A program made the translations under genes and the position numbers. Shown piece after piece: positions 18,488 to 34,026 of a DNA stretch of 64,000 nucleotides (positions within the stretch are counted from its first letter, which is position 1; every line of letters begins with the position of its first letter). The notes below the pieces were generated by a model. It was not told the DNA's origin, searched no databases, and saw nothing but the letters and a program-made list of their open reading frames with translations. The DNA comes from the human T2T-CHM13v2.0 reference genome, Homo sapiens: the NCBI RefSeq assembly GCF_009914755.1, contig NC_060947.1, one strand, 5' to 3'.

Positions 18488-18619
18488 TAAATGGAAAAAG
18501 AGTTTTAATTCAGAAAATTCAGGAAAAAAAATGGAAATTAAACTATCTGAAAAGGCAGACATTATTTACCCTGCTGAAGAATAATAATAAGTAGCCTAGG
18601 CAATGGTGGTCAAAACTTG

Positions 18620-18652
<33 letters not shown>

Positions 18653-19396
18653 AAAGAAGTTGGCAAAAGTTGCATATATTACACTAAATATATCATTAAA
18701 TATATAAAAAGCCCTACTTTTGTAGAGATTAGTTCCCTATCCTAATATCACCACCTTCAGTGCATTAGTAAAAGCAACAATCAGAAAGACGAACTTCAGT
18801 GTACAATGTGTGATTGTCTGCACACATAGTGGACAATCAATAATGGACAGATTCACGGGTAGATGGACAGTAGCATGAGATTTTTACATGGGGGAGCCTC
18901 AGGAGAGAGTTGGAGGCAGGGAGAGGATATGATTCATAGTCTATAACCACAAAACTCTCTAGTATCTTTGGATGGGACCACAGGCAAAGAATAAGAAGTG
19001 CACTGGTGGTACACCTCCCCATTATGCTCGCTCCTAAAAGCAGTTATTTTTGGCAATTACACTAAGTCCTGCACATTTTCTGACCCTCCCTCAAATCCTT
19101 TGTTTTCTGTCCCTTACCTATTTATTACACACGCAGTGCAAGTGGGCCGGGTGGATTTCATCAAACTCAGGTCTTTGCCTCACATACAAGGCTAAATTGG
19201 TATACTAGCTACCCAGAAAAGAAGTTGCAGTACATTCCATAGAAAAGAAGATACTCTGACTGAGGATAGATTCTGGGAAAATAAGCCCTTTCCACAGACC
19301 CCTGGAACTCTGAAATATGAAGAAAATGGAGTCAATAAACCTAGGAACACAGGGGTCAGTGAGGCAAAACCAATGAGCACGTGAGATGAAATAAAA

Positions 19397-19595
19397 AAGA
19401 CCTGGATCTGAATCCAGGCACTACCATGGGGAAACTGTCAGACCTTAGGAAGGGAATGCAATTCCTCTGAGCCTCAGTTTTCAGATCTGTACGTTGCGAA
19501 TGACAATAATTTTGTCTTCTACAGGATTATTCTGAGGATTAAATGAGGTTAATGTAAAGAATATAACACAATGCTTGGCACACAGTGAGTTCTCT
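19397..19595 (+). mobile_element. MIR
   Basis: ctctgagcctcagtttt...gaggattaaatgag...tggcacacagt core. Confidence 0.75.
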
Positions 19596-20645
19596 ACACA
19601 ATAAATCATCTCTATACCTATATGCCACAAGCCATAGCATATGAGGAGATCGTGTCCGTAAGAAAAAAGAGAAGCAGACTTACCTCTGTCCCGTCCACGT
19701 TGCCTTGGTGATAGAGGAAGGTGGGCTGGGAATTGTGTACTGATGCTAAGTATATATAAATACCTCAGGTAGTGTTTTTATTATTATTGCCAGCTGCTGG
19801 AGGCTTTTATTTCTATCGCCTTCTCTTCTTCCCAGGTGCTGCCTCTTTATTCTTCTATCTCTGATGGTAAGACTGAGCCTCTTGGAAAGTGGCATCATTT
19901 TCTCTGTATTCTGTATCCAGATCGACTTTGGCCAAAATGCAAAAGCTAACTAACATCAGGCAAAAATCTAGCTAATGCCAGGTAGTAACTGGAATAACTA
20001 GCAAGTGAGAGGGTTATAACAAAGTTGACTTTCACACACACACTTTTTCAAACATGCTGGTTCACGAATGTCACTGGTATTGACTGTCTGTATTCCACAC
20101 TCTCAACAAATCAAAACATGTTTTGTAGAGCCTGTCAGGAGGATTACTCTGGTATTTTCTGGTTCTCATGAATAACTGTTGGGGACTTTATACACTTTCA
20201 GAACTAGTAGTGATGTCACCTTACATTTGTATAAGGATAGTGGTTTGCAGATCATTTTCATGTAGACATTCCTCATGATAACTTTGTGGTAGAGGCTGTG
20301 TGGGTGTTGTTATCCTTCCCCTCATTTTACACTTGAGGAAACCGAGGCAAGGAAGGAGCATGAGTGTTTATTGTACAACTAATATCTGCCAGACATTTTA
20401 CATGAATTATCCCACAGAAATTCCTATCAACACTGGCAGGCAGGTGTTATTCTTTCTCCATTACAGATGTGAAAACAATACTGAGAGGGGAAGTGCCATG
20501 GTCAAAGTCACATAGCTAATAAGGAGCACTTCAGGGGTTTTAACACAGCACCATTTCATTTCAAAACACATGCTCATCTCAGCACTACACAGTACCTCCC
20601 AGGTGGGTATACTTAGGGGCAGAACCAGTGTTCTTTCCCCAAGAC

Positions 20646-20818
20646 CAGTGTTTCTCAAACATCAATGTACATGTGAATCACCTGTGGATTTTGTAAAAGT
20701 GCAGATTCTGATTCACTAGGTGCAGAGTGGAGCCTGAGCTTCTACATTTCTAATGGGCTCCCTAATGATGCCTATGTGGTTGGTAGCTAGTCTGTGGACC
20801 AAACATTGAATAGCAAGG
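20646..20818. mobile_element. MER5A
   Basis: cagtgtttctcaaac...gaatcacctg...tgcagattctgattca...gaatagcaagg. Confidence 0.8.
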
Positions 20819-21151
20819 TCCTAAGTCACAGCAGCAGCTCTCAGACAAAAGAGAGGCTTACACAGGCACAACATACTCTTTCCTAGTTTTGGACAAAAAG
20901 GCAAATAGAAAGTTATAGTCTTGTTTAAAATAGGGTCATTTTCTATGTTTGTATGCACATATGGTCAGCTAGGAATCTCTGGATTTAAATTCCTGATCTG
21001 TGCAATGGGCGCATTTTCAGCATTTTCCTAATTTGCCTCATCACAAGAACCTGCTTGTTGAAAATGCAGATTAGTGTTCACACTCTAGAGAAACTGAATG
21101 GGTATCTTTGGTGATGGGTTCTAGAAGGCTGCATTTCAATACTCTACCCAC

Positions 21152-21637
21152 TGCTGTGGCAAACCCCTATCAACTCCAATGTGGATGGCACCAGGTTCAA
21201 GAGGCCAAAGAAGAGACCCAGATCCAGCAAATGAGACCTAGGGTTTTAGTGGGGGCTTACATACAGGGAAAAGAGACCAGTTGTGGAGGTCTGGGCAGGA
21301 TAACCACACGGCCCGGTGATGGCAGGCTGGGCAGAACTGCAACCGCTTGAAAAGAAAACATGTAGTTTATATAGCATTTTTACTTAGTACCTTCTCCCTA
21401 ACAACCTCCACCTGGCAAGCTTCATTCAACCCAAAATTCAGGGCTTTGATCCCCTGTACAGCCAGTTTTCCACTGGATAGGCCATAGATTTAGATGTTCC
21501 TCATAGACAGGGAATGCTTCTCTGGGTTGGCTACTCCCAGGTTCCCTAGCTCAGAACACACTCTCAGGTGAGTCTGCCGTATAGTGTCATTCTCAGGGTA
21601 TGCTGAAGTTATTGCTATCAGCTGCATTTACCCTACA
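21152..21637 (-). mobile_element. Solo ERVL LTR (LTR32/LTR47-like) inserted in a MER5 remnant
   Basis: TG...CA ends; reverse complement begins TGTAGGGTAAATGCAGCTGATAGCAATAACTT; 5-bp TSD ccca[c/t] at 21147 and 21638. Confidence 0.75.
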
Positions 21638-21679
21638 CCCATGCAATTCTGATGCCCACTAAAGCATTGGTTAAGAAGG

Positions 21680-21787
21680 GAAGCAGCAAAGATTTCTGTA
21701 AAGGGCCAGATAGTAAATATTTTACAAAATTATATTTACAAAAACAGGGCCGGATTTGGCATGCAGGTCTCAGTTTGCCAAACCTTG
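21680..21787. mobile_element. MER58, internally deleted
   Basis: tctgtaaagggccagatagtaaatatttt ... tttacaaaaacagg...ggatttggc...agtttgcca. Confidence 0.7.
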
Positions 21788-22061
21788 GATTAAGAGATCT
21801 TATGTTTGGGGAAGGCAAAGGAGTGAGTAGGTACCACAGACAAGTGAAACATCACAGTTCCCTCTCTTACCCCATAAAGTATCTGAAGTAACTAAGAAGC
21901 TTGGAGGGTCGGAGAGGAGATTTTTACATGAGGTTGTGTATAGAAGAGTGATAGAGACATAAATAAAAGACCCAGAGAAAGACAATGATTTGAAGAAATG
22001 AGAGACAGAGGAGGTTAACACACCAAGGAAAGAGACAGACCCCAATAAAGAGAAACGCAGA

Positions 22062-22358
22062 GGCCAGAATAGTGGCACATGCTTGTAATCTGAGAACTTT
22101 GGGAGGCCAAGGCAGGCAGATGGCTTCAGCCCAAGAGTTCAATACCAGCCTGGGCAACATGGAAAAACCCTATCTCTACAAAAAATACAAAAATTAGCTG
22201 AGTGTAGTGGCACAAAATTGTGGTCCCAGGTACTCAGGAGGCTGAGGTGGGAGGATCACTTGAGACCAGGAGGTCGAGGTTGCAGTGAGCCAAGATTGCA
22301 CCACTGCACTCCAGCTTGGGCAACAGAGCAAGACCCTGTCTCAAAAATAAATAAAAAA
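22062..22358 (+). mobile_element. AluJ element
   Basis: agcccaagagttc, gaggtgggaggatcacttgag and agcaagaccctgtctc are J diagnostics. Confidence 0.92.
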
Positions 22359-23583
22359 ATACAGAGACAAGCAGGCACGCACGGAGACAAGACACTGAAA
22401 GAGGTAATCTGAAGTCACCAAATGCAGGGTAACAGAATCAACGACAAGAATATTAAACAAGGCAGAATTAAAGCTCAAAAAAGGGAGAGAGCAAAAAGGC
22501 AAGGGGAAAAAGCAAACACCTTATGAATAAATAAACCCTGAGCTCAGCTTGTTAAAAAAGGCAAGGTGCTGTCAGACAAGGCACTCTTCCTTCATTCTCC
22601 TGTGCAGAACATGGGTAAATTCAAAGCACCACTAGTGAGACGGAAAATACATGAGACATAAAGCTGATATTTTCTGTCTGCTTTTAACTCTTGGCTCCTT
22701 CTGATAAACACAAAGCATAACTTTTCCCTTTGTTGTGATAAATCCTCTCAGGGGGTCTTGCCACCTGACCATTTGAGACTCACTGATATAAGGAAGCTAG
22801 TGTGTGTAATACTGATTTCCATCAGGCAAGAAAAGCTTATCAATCTTTACTTTCATCATAATATGGAATTTTTTTCTAAAGTATACATACCCCTTGCCCT
22901 ATTTTGATATAGTCTTGTCCTCACACCACACCCCTTCCCGTCCATCCCCCAAACACACACACAGCAACAAACTTCTCCATTTCTTGAAACTCACTGGCCT
23001 AGACAGAAAACACCACACAGGGTGCAGGGTGCAGAATATAAAGCAGGACAAACACTCGAAGTGAAGAGAATGTTGTTTCTTTATAAATAGTAGAAGTAGA
23101 CAATGAAACATTTCCTATGAGGGCAAACTCGTCATCCCCCTCACTTGTCTTCCTGGGATCGCCTTCTTCACAACACTTTTCCTTCTGCCATCAGTACTCC
23201 GGACCTGAGGTACTATGTACTGCTATGGCAGAGGCTATCATGAAGGAGATTTGATGCCATTTTTAACGCCTGAAAAACTTTTTTTTCTCTCTGAAAGCCC
23301 TGGCCTTAATGTTATAGTGACTAAAAGAATACGCTGCTGCTGCTTCATAAAACCAAGACAGCATGCTGATCTCAGCCCATCCTCAGTGGGTTAAGGGGTC
23401 CACTGACAGCGAAGTACAGCTTTCCTAATGTCAAAGGAAAGACATTGGAAATAGCAGCTGGGGGCATGCAAAGAGCAGTTTCCAACTGAGCTCAGCTAAG
23501 ATCCCCTCGTGATAGATTGGGCAATAGTTCTGTTGGGGGTGGAAAAGGGGGTTGGTCTCTAACTTTGATAATGATATAACTTT

Positions 23584-23773
23584 GATCATGTAAAGTATTT
23601 AATACCTAGCACAAAATACTGGTAGTTATTGTAGTTATTATCATTACCACCTATTACTGTTACTCAGTTATCTTCAGGATTACCAATAGAGTGTAGGATA
23701 GGATAGTGACTATTAAGAGCTCAGGTTTGGCAGCCACACTTGAGTTTCAAAATGTGCCCTACCACTCCTTTGT
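23584..23773 (+). repeat. 190-bp direct duplicate of 24854-25043
   Basis: Ungapped alignment with 5 mismatches. Confidence 0.95.
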
Positions 23774-24689
23774 AAATGTTACCAGGTCACTTGGGTGATG
23801 ACCCAGAGCAGTGCTCAGAGGATTTATATAAGATAGATACTAATAGTCAAGTGTCTGGGATGCCCTACACTTGCCTTGTCTCACTGCACCAACAGGGAGT
23901 CGCTGACTGCTGTGTGTGAGGGAAATAAAACAGATTCATTTCACTGCACACTTCACTGAGGGGTAGAAGTGGCAAGGAACTCACATATATGGCAGCAGGT
24001 GGGAGCAGGAAAGACCATATTGAGCAATTTGAATTGCATTGCAAATGACACTAAGACTAGAAAATTGAAGTTTCTGCTGCCTCGCCAGGAACTGGCTAAA
24101 GGGCAGGACAATTAAGATAAAGGTATAGTCCCCCAGTGAGTCAATGAGTTTTGCTCTTATCCTCATCACTGCCACAGACCTTCACCTTGGACAAGGCAGG
24201 GATACTTAACCCTGACCACAGCCTGAGCACCTAATCTTGACCAGCTGTTTTTAAAATCACAACAGGGACCCCATAAAATAGAAGGCATCTGTTTGCTTTA
24301 TCCCTACAGAAAGAGAAACAATTCAAAGTAACATTTAGGGGCAGTGGGCGGGTTGCATTATCTTTGTATATGAAAAACAGCAAATAACAAACTGGGGTTG
24401 TATAAAGGAAAAAGAAGTCTTGCCTCAGTTACCTTTGGACAGAAGTTTCTTCTACAGGGCCCAAGTGTTAGGCTGACGGCCACTTTTGACTTATTGGCAG
24501 GATTGTGGAATGCAATGTCCAACGTGTATACTCTGAGGCTCCACCTTTATAACACAGCAAAGGGAGAGTGAGTTACTGATCTTTCCCACTTATCAGGGAG
24601 CCTCATTGTAAGACAAAGGAATTCTTTGCATGTTGGCCTTACGGGCTAACTTTAGCATGACCCTATGGCATAACCATTTGACTTTTTTT

Positions 24690-25210
24690 AGGAACCAGGT
24701 TCAGAGAAACCTGGGTTCAAGTCCTGGCTGTCCTACTTCCTAGCTACAAGATCTTAGGCAAGAGAATGTACACTCTGAGCCTCACATTTCCCATCTACAA
24801 CACAAGGATTCTAATGGCACTTATTTCACAGAAGTACTGTGAGGGTTAAATAAGATCATGTAAAGTATTTAATACTTAGCACAAAACACTGGTAGTTATT
24901 GTAGTTATTATCATTACCACCTATTACTGTTACTCAGTTATCTTCAGGATTACCAATAGAGTGTAGGATAGGATAGTGATTATTAAGAGCTCAGGTTTGG
25001 CAGCCACACTTGAGTTTCAATATGTTCCCTACCACTCCTTTGTGCCTTTGGGTAATTTGTTTATCTCCTCTGTACCTCAGTTTCCTCTGTAATTTTATAA
25101 TAGCCGTGCCTGCCTCACAGGATTGTGAAGATTAAGTGAGCTAACATATGTGAAATACTTACAAATGGTGCCTGGCACAGAGTAAGTGCCATGTAAATAT
25201 TAGCTACTTT
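24690..25210 (+). mobile_element. Two tandem MIR elements
   Basis: Two cores: cctgggttcaagtcctggctg...ctctgagcctca and ctctgtacctcagtttcct...gtgcctggcacagagtaagtg. Confidence 0.75.
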
Positions 25211-26129
25211 TAGTAGTATTTTCATAAACATCTTGAGGGCTTGGCTCACAGGTCCCAATGGTGACTGATTTTAGATAACAGCATGTTCTCAGTCTGTGTT
25301 TCTAACCCTACTATCCCCACTAAAAGCCTAAATCCATCCACTAATGCTTCATCCCACAAATTAGGGCATGAAACCACATCTGGTCATTAAGATTCTGTCA
25401 GCAAAGGCACGTGCCATCACACTTCTCCAGAATCCAACCCTCTGTCATCTCCCATTTGAGAATCACTAAGATACTATAGTTGCATGTGTCATGGTAAATT
25501 ATGTTATATCAATAGGTATATCAATAGGACAATGCAAAAACAGACACAACTGGTTGTGGCATGTAAGAAAATGATAAATAAGTCCCATGAATTTCAAAAG
25601 ACAGTTTTCTGAAGAGAGGGCAGGTGGTAAACCTGGAAGTGAAATGAAAACTGTTCACAAATTGAAAGACAGAGTTTCTTCATTCCGGATTTGACACTTG
25701 GCCAAGTTGGAGGTCCACACAATTTATCTTTAGAGGGTTCCTTCTACTCTCTCAGTGTACCCAATGTAGGGATTGGCTCTTGTGGCACCCCAGCTAGGCC
25801 CATCTTCTCTAGAAATGATCCTTTCCCCAAAATGCCACCCCACACCCCCCTCAGCCCCACCCACACAGCTCCCTCCTATCTTTCTCCCAAAACAAAATTC
25901 TACTTCCTCAATATCTGACCTGGGATATACAAGCCTGGTCAAAGCTTAAGGCATTGCACTTCCCAGGGATATATTCCATTTTTAAAACCTCTAAGAACAT
26001 GGTAATGCTTTAACCTAGGAAAATGTTTCTCTGAGAGAAAAAAAAATTCAGAGAATTTTGATAGACAGAGAGATATGAAGAGATTAGACTAAAAGAGACC
26101 TTTGGTAATGCCTATTAAATTTATTTGGT

Positions 26130-26760
26130 TGTTTTTCAGCAAATATATATTGACACTATGTGTTAATTCTTTCTTAGACCTTGGAACTTTAGCAATAAAA
26201 ATAAGATAAGGTTCCTGCACTTAGGGAGTTTACATCCTATAGGAAAAAAATAACCAAGAAAATATAATTTTAGATTATGTGAGCAATATGAAGGGAATTT
26301 ATTTAGCAGAGTGATGGGATAAGGGGTAACAGGCATGAGAGTGATTGAATATTTATTTAGTATGGTAAGAGATGATTTATTTGAGGTCATGACATTCGAC
26401 TTGAGATTTGAATGATGAGAATGGAATCTGCCAGACAGAAGTCTGAATTATGATGGAAACCATTCCAGACAAGGAACGCAGCAAGGTCAAAGGCCATGTA
26501 AGGGGAATTAATTTGGTATTTTAAATGAACAGAAAGAAAAGTCATGTGGCTGAATTATAGGAAACTGGGAGCGGAGTGATAGGAGATGAGATTAGAGCGG
26601 GGACTGGGGCCAGATAATATAATAGAGCATTTGGACTTAATTCTAATGGGAAGCCTTTGGAGGGTTTTCAACAAAAGGGTGACATAATCTGACTTAAATT
26701 TTTGGAATAATAAAGCAGAAATAATATGATAGGAGACATAGGCAGGGGGTAGGTCATATA
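26130..26760 (-). mobile_element. L2 fragment
   Basis: ttcagcaaatatatattga...aaggttcctgcacttagggagtttaca...gggaagcctttggagggtttt. Confidence 0.65.
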
Positions 26761-27121
26761 GAGGCTTCTAGAGTAAGGTGAATCATATCACATTGGTCCA
26801 CAATTCTTACTTTCTTCGAAAAGTGGAGGAAAGCTTCTGAAATGTGTATATCGTAGCTTTGATAGCTTAATCTTTTTGTGGGCAAAGAACACCTTGTTTC
26901 CTTAAAATCAATTTTTTTTCATTTTGTTTCTACTTTATTTACTCTCCCCAATATCATAAATGACTTCCTCCCTGCAAACCATTTTTTTCATATGTTATGT
27001 CCTTGAAATTTACGTATCAATGAACCAAATAACTTAGCATTTGAACTCGTTTCTTATTATTTCGTAGAGAATCATTGTTCGTTCGTTTTTTTTTTCTTTT
27101 TCATCTCAACCAGTCTTTCAC

Positions 27122-27300
27122 CCAGTGTGGTCCATAGACTACCTGCTTCAGAATCACTGTATGAGCCTATAAAAGCAGCATATTCTTGGACCTCAACCCA
27201 GACCTACTAAGTGAAAATCTCTGAGGGTAGAAGCTTGTTACTTGCATCTTTCAAAAGTTATCCAAGTGATTCTGATTCACAATAAAGTTTGAGAACCACC
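27122..27300. mobile_element. MER5-type MITE
   Basis: cagtgtggtccatagac...cagaatcac...aaagtttgagaaccac. Confidence 0.7.
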
Positions 27301-28230
27301 GTCCTATGTTTTTCATGTTTTTGCTCCTACTTTTGCCTCTTTCTGGGATACAATTTCTCCAAACCTGTTTAGAAATTCCGCATGTGCTTCAAGGCTCACC
27401 TCAAATGTAATCTTCTTTACAAAAACCTTCCTCTCCTGCTTCCTCTTATCCAGACAAATGTGACCTTTCCTATTGCGATGAGTATGGAGCAGGGTACGGC
27501 AAGATGTTAATACTGGGGTTCAGAGGACTGTTAAATACACTGATAGAACAGCTGCCATGGAGCTGGAGGAAAATTGCTGACCTGAAGTCTGACCTTACTC
27601 AGATTTATTTTATGACAGTGGAATCACAGACTTACGAGGCTTGCTTACTGAATTCCCAGAGACTCTGGGCTAGAATAAATCTTAAGGGCCATAGTGTATT
27701 TTCCTTGACAGTCCATGCTATATGCATGTCTAAGACAGGTTTCTCTAAGGTTCTCTGCCTGAACATTCTGTGGACACCTAGGTCATACACACTTTGTATC
27801 TCTTTTTTTTTTTTAATGTAGATTGTTAGGCTTAATGTCAAACCTACTGAATTGGATTATCATGGGGTGTGGTCCAAGAATTTGACTCACTTTCATTAAT
27901 GGTTGATTATGTTATTTCACTATGTTGTTCATTGAGAGCAATTAGAAAAAGGGGACAAAAACAAACAAAGCAAAAGCTATGTAAAGACACCGAAACAATA
28001 CCAAGGGAGAATATTCAGGGCCAAGATTGGAAAGAAGGCAGAAGGCAGAAGAGGTGAGCCTAGCATTTGGGGTTCCTCTTTCCCTCAAGACAATTGTTAA
28101 TTGTGAAAGAAAATGCAGCAGTTTGTCGCTCAGAAGCTAAGAAAAGTGCACTAGAGTCTCACAGGGCTGGAATGAATATAAATTGAAATTTAGATTCTGC
28201 CAAGGTTTTCTGTTAAATGTTGCAGATTTT

Positions 28231-29568
<1,338 letters not shown>

Positions 29569-31059
29569 TCAAATGGCTATACCCTAACAATGAGGGTGAA
29601 GCAGAAACAGCTGAAACCTCAAATGGCTAAAGCCCAGCTTTGAATCCCTTTAAAGTAATCTGCCCCTAGCCTAACTGCATGCCAGAAACAAAAAACAAAT
29701 TATCTCTAGAGGAAGAATAACAGTATTCAGAATTTTGACTATCTTTATAATTATTCATACATGAAGTGTGATATTTAATCGAAACATAACCATTAACTCT
29801 AAAGGATAAGAACTACCCAAAAGCTAAGAAAAGAAAATTGAAAGAGATTTATAGGGGATCCAGATATTGAAGATATCAGGCTGAGAATCAAAGTAATTAT
29901 GACTAATATGTTTATGGGTTTAAACAAAAAGATGGAGAATTATGGTAAATAGCTGGAAATTCTAAAATAAAATTAAAATTCTAGAAGTAAAAAATATAAT
30001 TTATCAAATTAAGGACTAAATCCCTGAGTTTAAAAGCAAATTAGACAACACAGAAGACATTAAGGTAGGTAATATACAGACCTGTCCAAAGCATGTAGAG
30101 GCAAAAAGTGGAATGCAACTAAAGCCATGCTTAGAAAGACAAGTACTTTTCAGTGCACATATTAGAAGAGAGGCCCAAAAATCTATTATTTTGGCATATA
30201 TCACAATACATTAAAAGAAACATGAAAACCAGAAGAAACCTGAAGGACAAAATGGCAAAGATAAAAGCAAAAACAGAAAACATCCTTACCAAGGCCAAGA
30301 GTTGTTTTTTTAAGACTAATAAAATCGATAAGCCTCATTACAAAACAGAACCAGAAAAAAAGAGAGACTACCGGGAGTGGAAAAGAGAATGTGATCACAA
30401 ATATTTCAGACATTTGCAAAGAAATAAAATATCATGAACAACTTTTTGCCATTAAGTTAGAAAATTTAGATGAAATGAAAAATTCCTTAAAAAAATTATA
30501 AAAACTGACCCAAGAAGAAAAATAATATCTGAATTCTTCTCTACCCATTAAAAACATAGAGTCTTTAAAACCTTTCAGGTCCAGATGGCTTTGCTGATTA
30601 ATTACACAAACATTTAAGAGAGCAATAATTCCAATCTCACACAAATTCTTCCAGAGAATAAGAGAAGATATAATTTCCAATAGTTTTTTTTTTTTTCTGG
30701 TGGCAAGCATGACCTTGATAACAAAACTTGATAATTACATTACAGGAAAAGAAATCCATAATCCAATCACCCATGAATATAGACATAAAATTCCAAAATT
30801 CCTCAACAAAATCTTACCCAACTGAATCTAGTCATATGTCAAATGAAGAATCCATAAAAAACAAAACCAAATCATTGTATTTCAATATATAAACAGAATC
30901 AAGAAAAAAAAATAATCTCAAATGAGGCAGATAAACATTTTATAAAATTTAGCATCCATTTATAATTTTAAAAACACTTTGCCAACTAATAGTAAAAAGG
31001 AACATTGTTATTTTAACAGAATACATCTACATAGAGTTTATAGCAAACATAATACTTTA

Positions 31060-31139
31060 TTTATTATTTATTTTTTATTTTTTATTACACTTTAAGTTCT
31101 AGGGTACAGGTGCACAACGTGCAGGTTTGTTACATATGT
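31060..31139 (-). mobile_element. 80-bp L1PA 3'-terminal insertion
   Basis: T-rich tail plus ttaagttctagggtacaggtgcacaacgtgcagg; TSD atacttta at 31052 and 31140. Confidence 0.88.
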
Positions 31140-32138
31140 ATACTTTAAGGTGAAATGATGAAAGCTCTCTTCCTGAGATCAGGAACAAGTCAAGAATGCC
31201 CCTCATCACTGCTCAGATTCAGCATTATACTCAAGAAACTCACTGGAGCAAGAGATCAAGGAAAAAAACAACAAAAGTTGAAGGACTAAAAGGAAGAAAA
31301 AAACCTCTCAATATCTTCACATGAAATAATTATATATTTAGTAAATATAAAATAATTAAAAGTAAATTATAATGAATTTAGCAAGGTGATTACATATGTC
31401 AATATACACAGATTGATTGTATTTCTACATACTATCCACAAATAATAAAAATACAGACTTTTAAAGCTAATATGTATAAAAGCACAAAGAAAGAGAAAAG
31501 AAAAAGACTAAATACCTAGGAATAAACCTAATGAAAGGTGTTCTATTTTAAAAAACTCTAAAGCATTATTGGTAGAAATTAAATAAGACTGAAATGGAGA
31601 AATTAAGTCATGGATTAGGAGAGTCAATATTTTTAAAATGTTGATTTTCCCAAATTGATCTGGCTACAGATTTATCATAATTCCAGTTAAAATTATAATA
31701 TTTTGGTGGATATTAGTAACATAAATCCAACATTTAATTGAAAACATAAAACATCAAGAATGGTCAAGGCAATCTTGAAAACAGAGAACAGTATTGGAGC
31801 ACTTATACTACCAGATAATCACTACTTATTATGAAGCCACATTACTTAAGACAGTGTGTTATTGGGACAGATATAGATAAAGAGATCAATAAAACATAAT
31901 ATGAAGTCTAGATACAGAACAATACATATGTGGATACTTGATTAATGACAAATAGGTCTGGAATGCCATGGAATGAAGTTCTGGATTACTTGTATATACA
32001 TTGGGAAATAGTGAAACATGATACTTACACCATGCACAAAAATAATTTCAGGATGGATTATAGATCAATATGTGAAAGATAAAACTGCAAAGCTGTATTA
32101 ATAATATAGAACAATATTTTTGAGATCTTGAATAATTC

Positions 32139-33375
<1,237 letters not shown>

Positions 33376-33723
33376 CTAACCTGAAAAAAAATATGATGAA
33401 TGGGAGTTTACCAAATTTAAATAACTTCTGTTTAAAAAGAGATACTACAAAGAAAGTGAAAATACAAGCCACAAAATGGCTTTTGCCATATATAACTGAC
33501 AAAGGGTACATATACAAATTAAGAATATTATCAACATTACGTTGAATGAAATAATCCATATAAAAGAGTGTACAGACTAGATGACACAAATTTTATAAAA
33601 TTCAAAATATGCAAGTCTAATCTATGTTGTTAGATATCAGGATAGTGGTTACCTCTGGGGAAGCCGATAGGGATAATGAATACAGGAAGTAAAGTGGGGC
33701 TTGGGGGACTTATAATGTTCTTT

Positions 33724-34026
33724 CTTTGTTTATTTATTTTTTTTGAGACAGAGTCTCGCACTATCATCCAGGCTGGAGTGCTGTGGCACGATCTTGGCTC
33801 ACTGCAACCTCCGCCCCCTGGGTTCAAGGGATTCTCCTGCTTCAGCCTCCCGAGTAGATGAGACTACAGGTGCCTGCCACCAAGCCCGGCTAATTTTTGT
33901 ATTTTTAGTAGAGACGGGGCTTCACCATGTTGGCCAGGCTGGTCTCGAACTCCTGACTTCAGGTGATCCACCCGCCTCAGCATCCCAAAGTGCTGGGATT
34001 ACAGGCGTGAGCCACTGTGCCCGGCC
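33724..34026 (-). mobile_element. AluSx-type element
   Basis: Full Alu; TSD tt[a/g]taatgttcttt at 33710 and 34027. Confidence 0.95.

Noticed and set aside
22995-23275. Protein-like minus-strand frame (RRKSVVEEGDPRKTSEGDDEF)
   Set aside because: No recognisable homology, no in-frame start and no convincing splice-site pair
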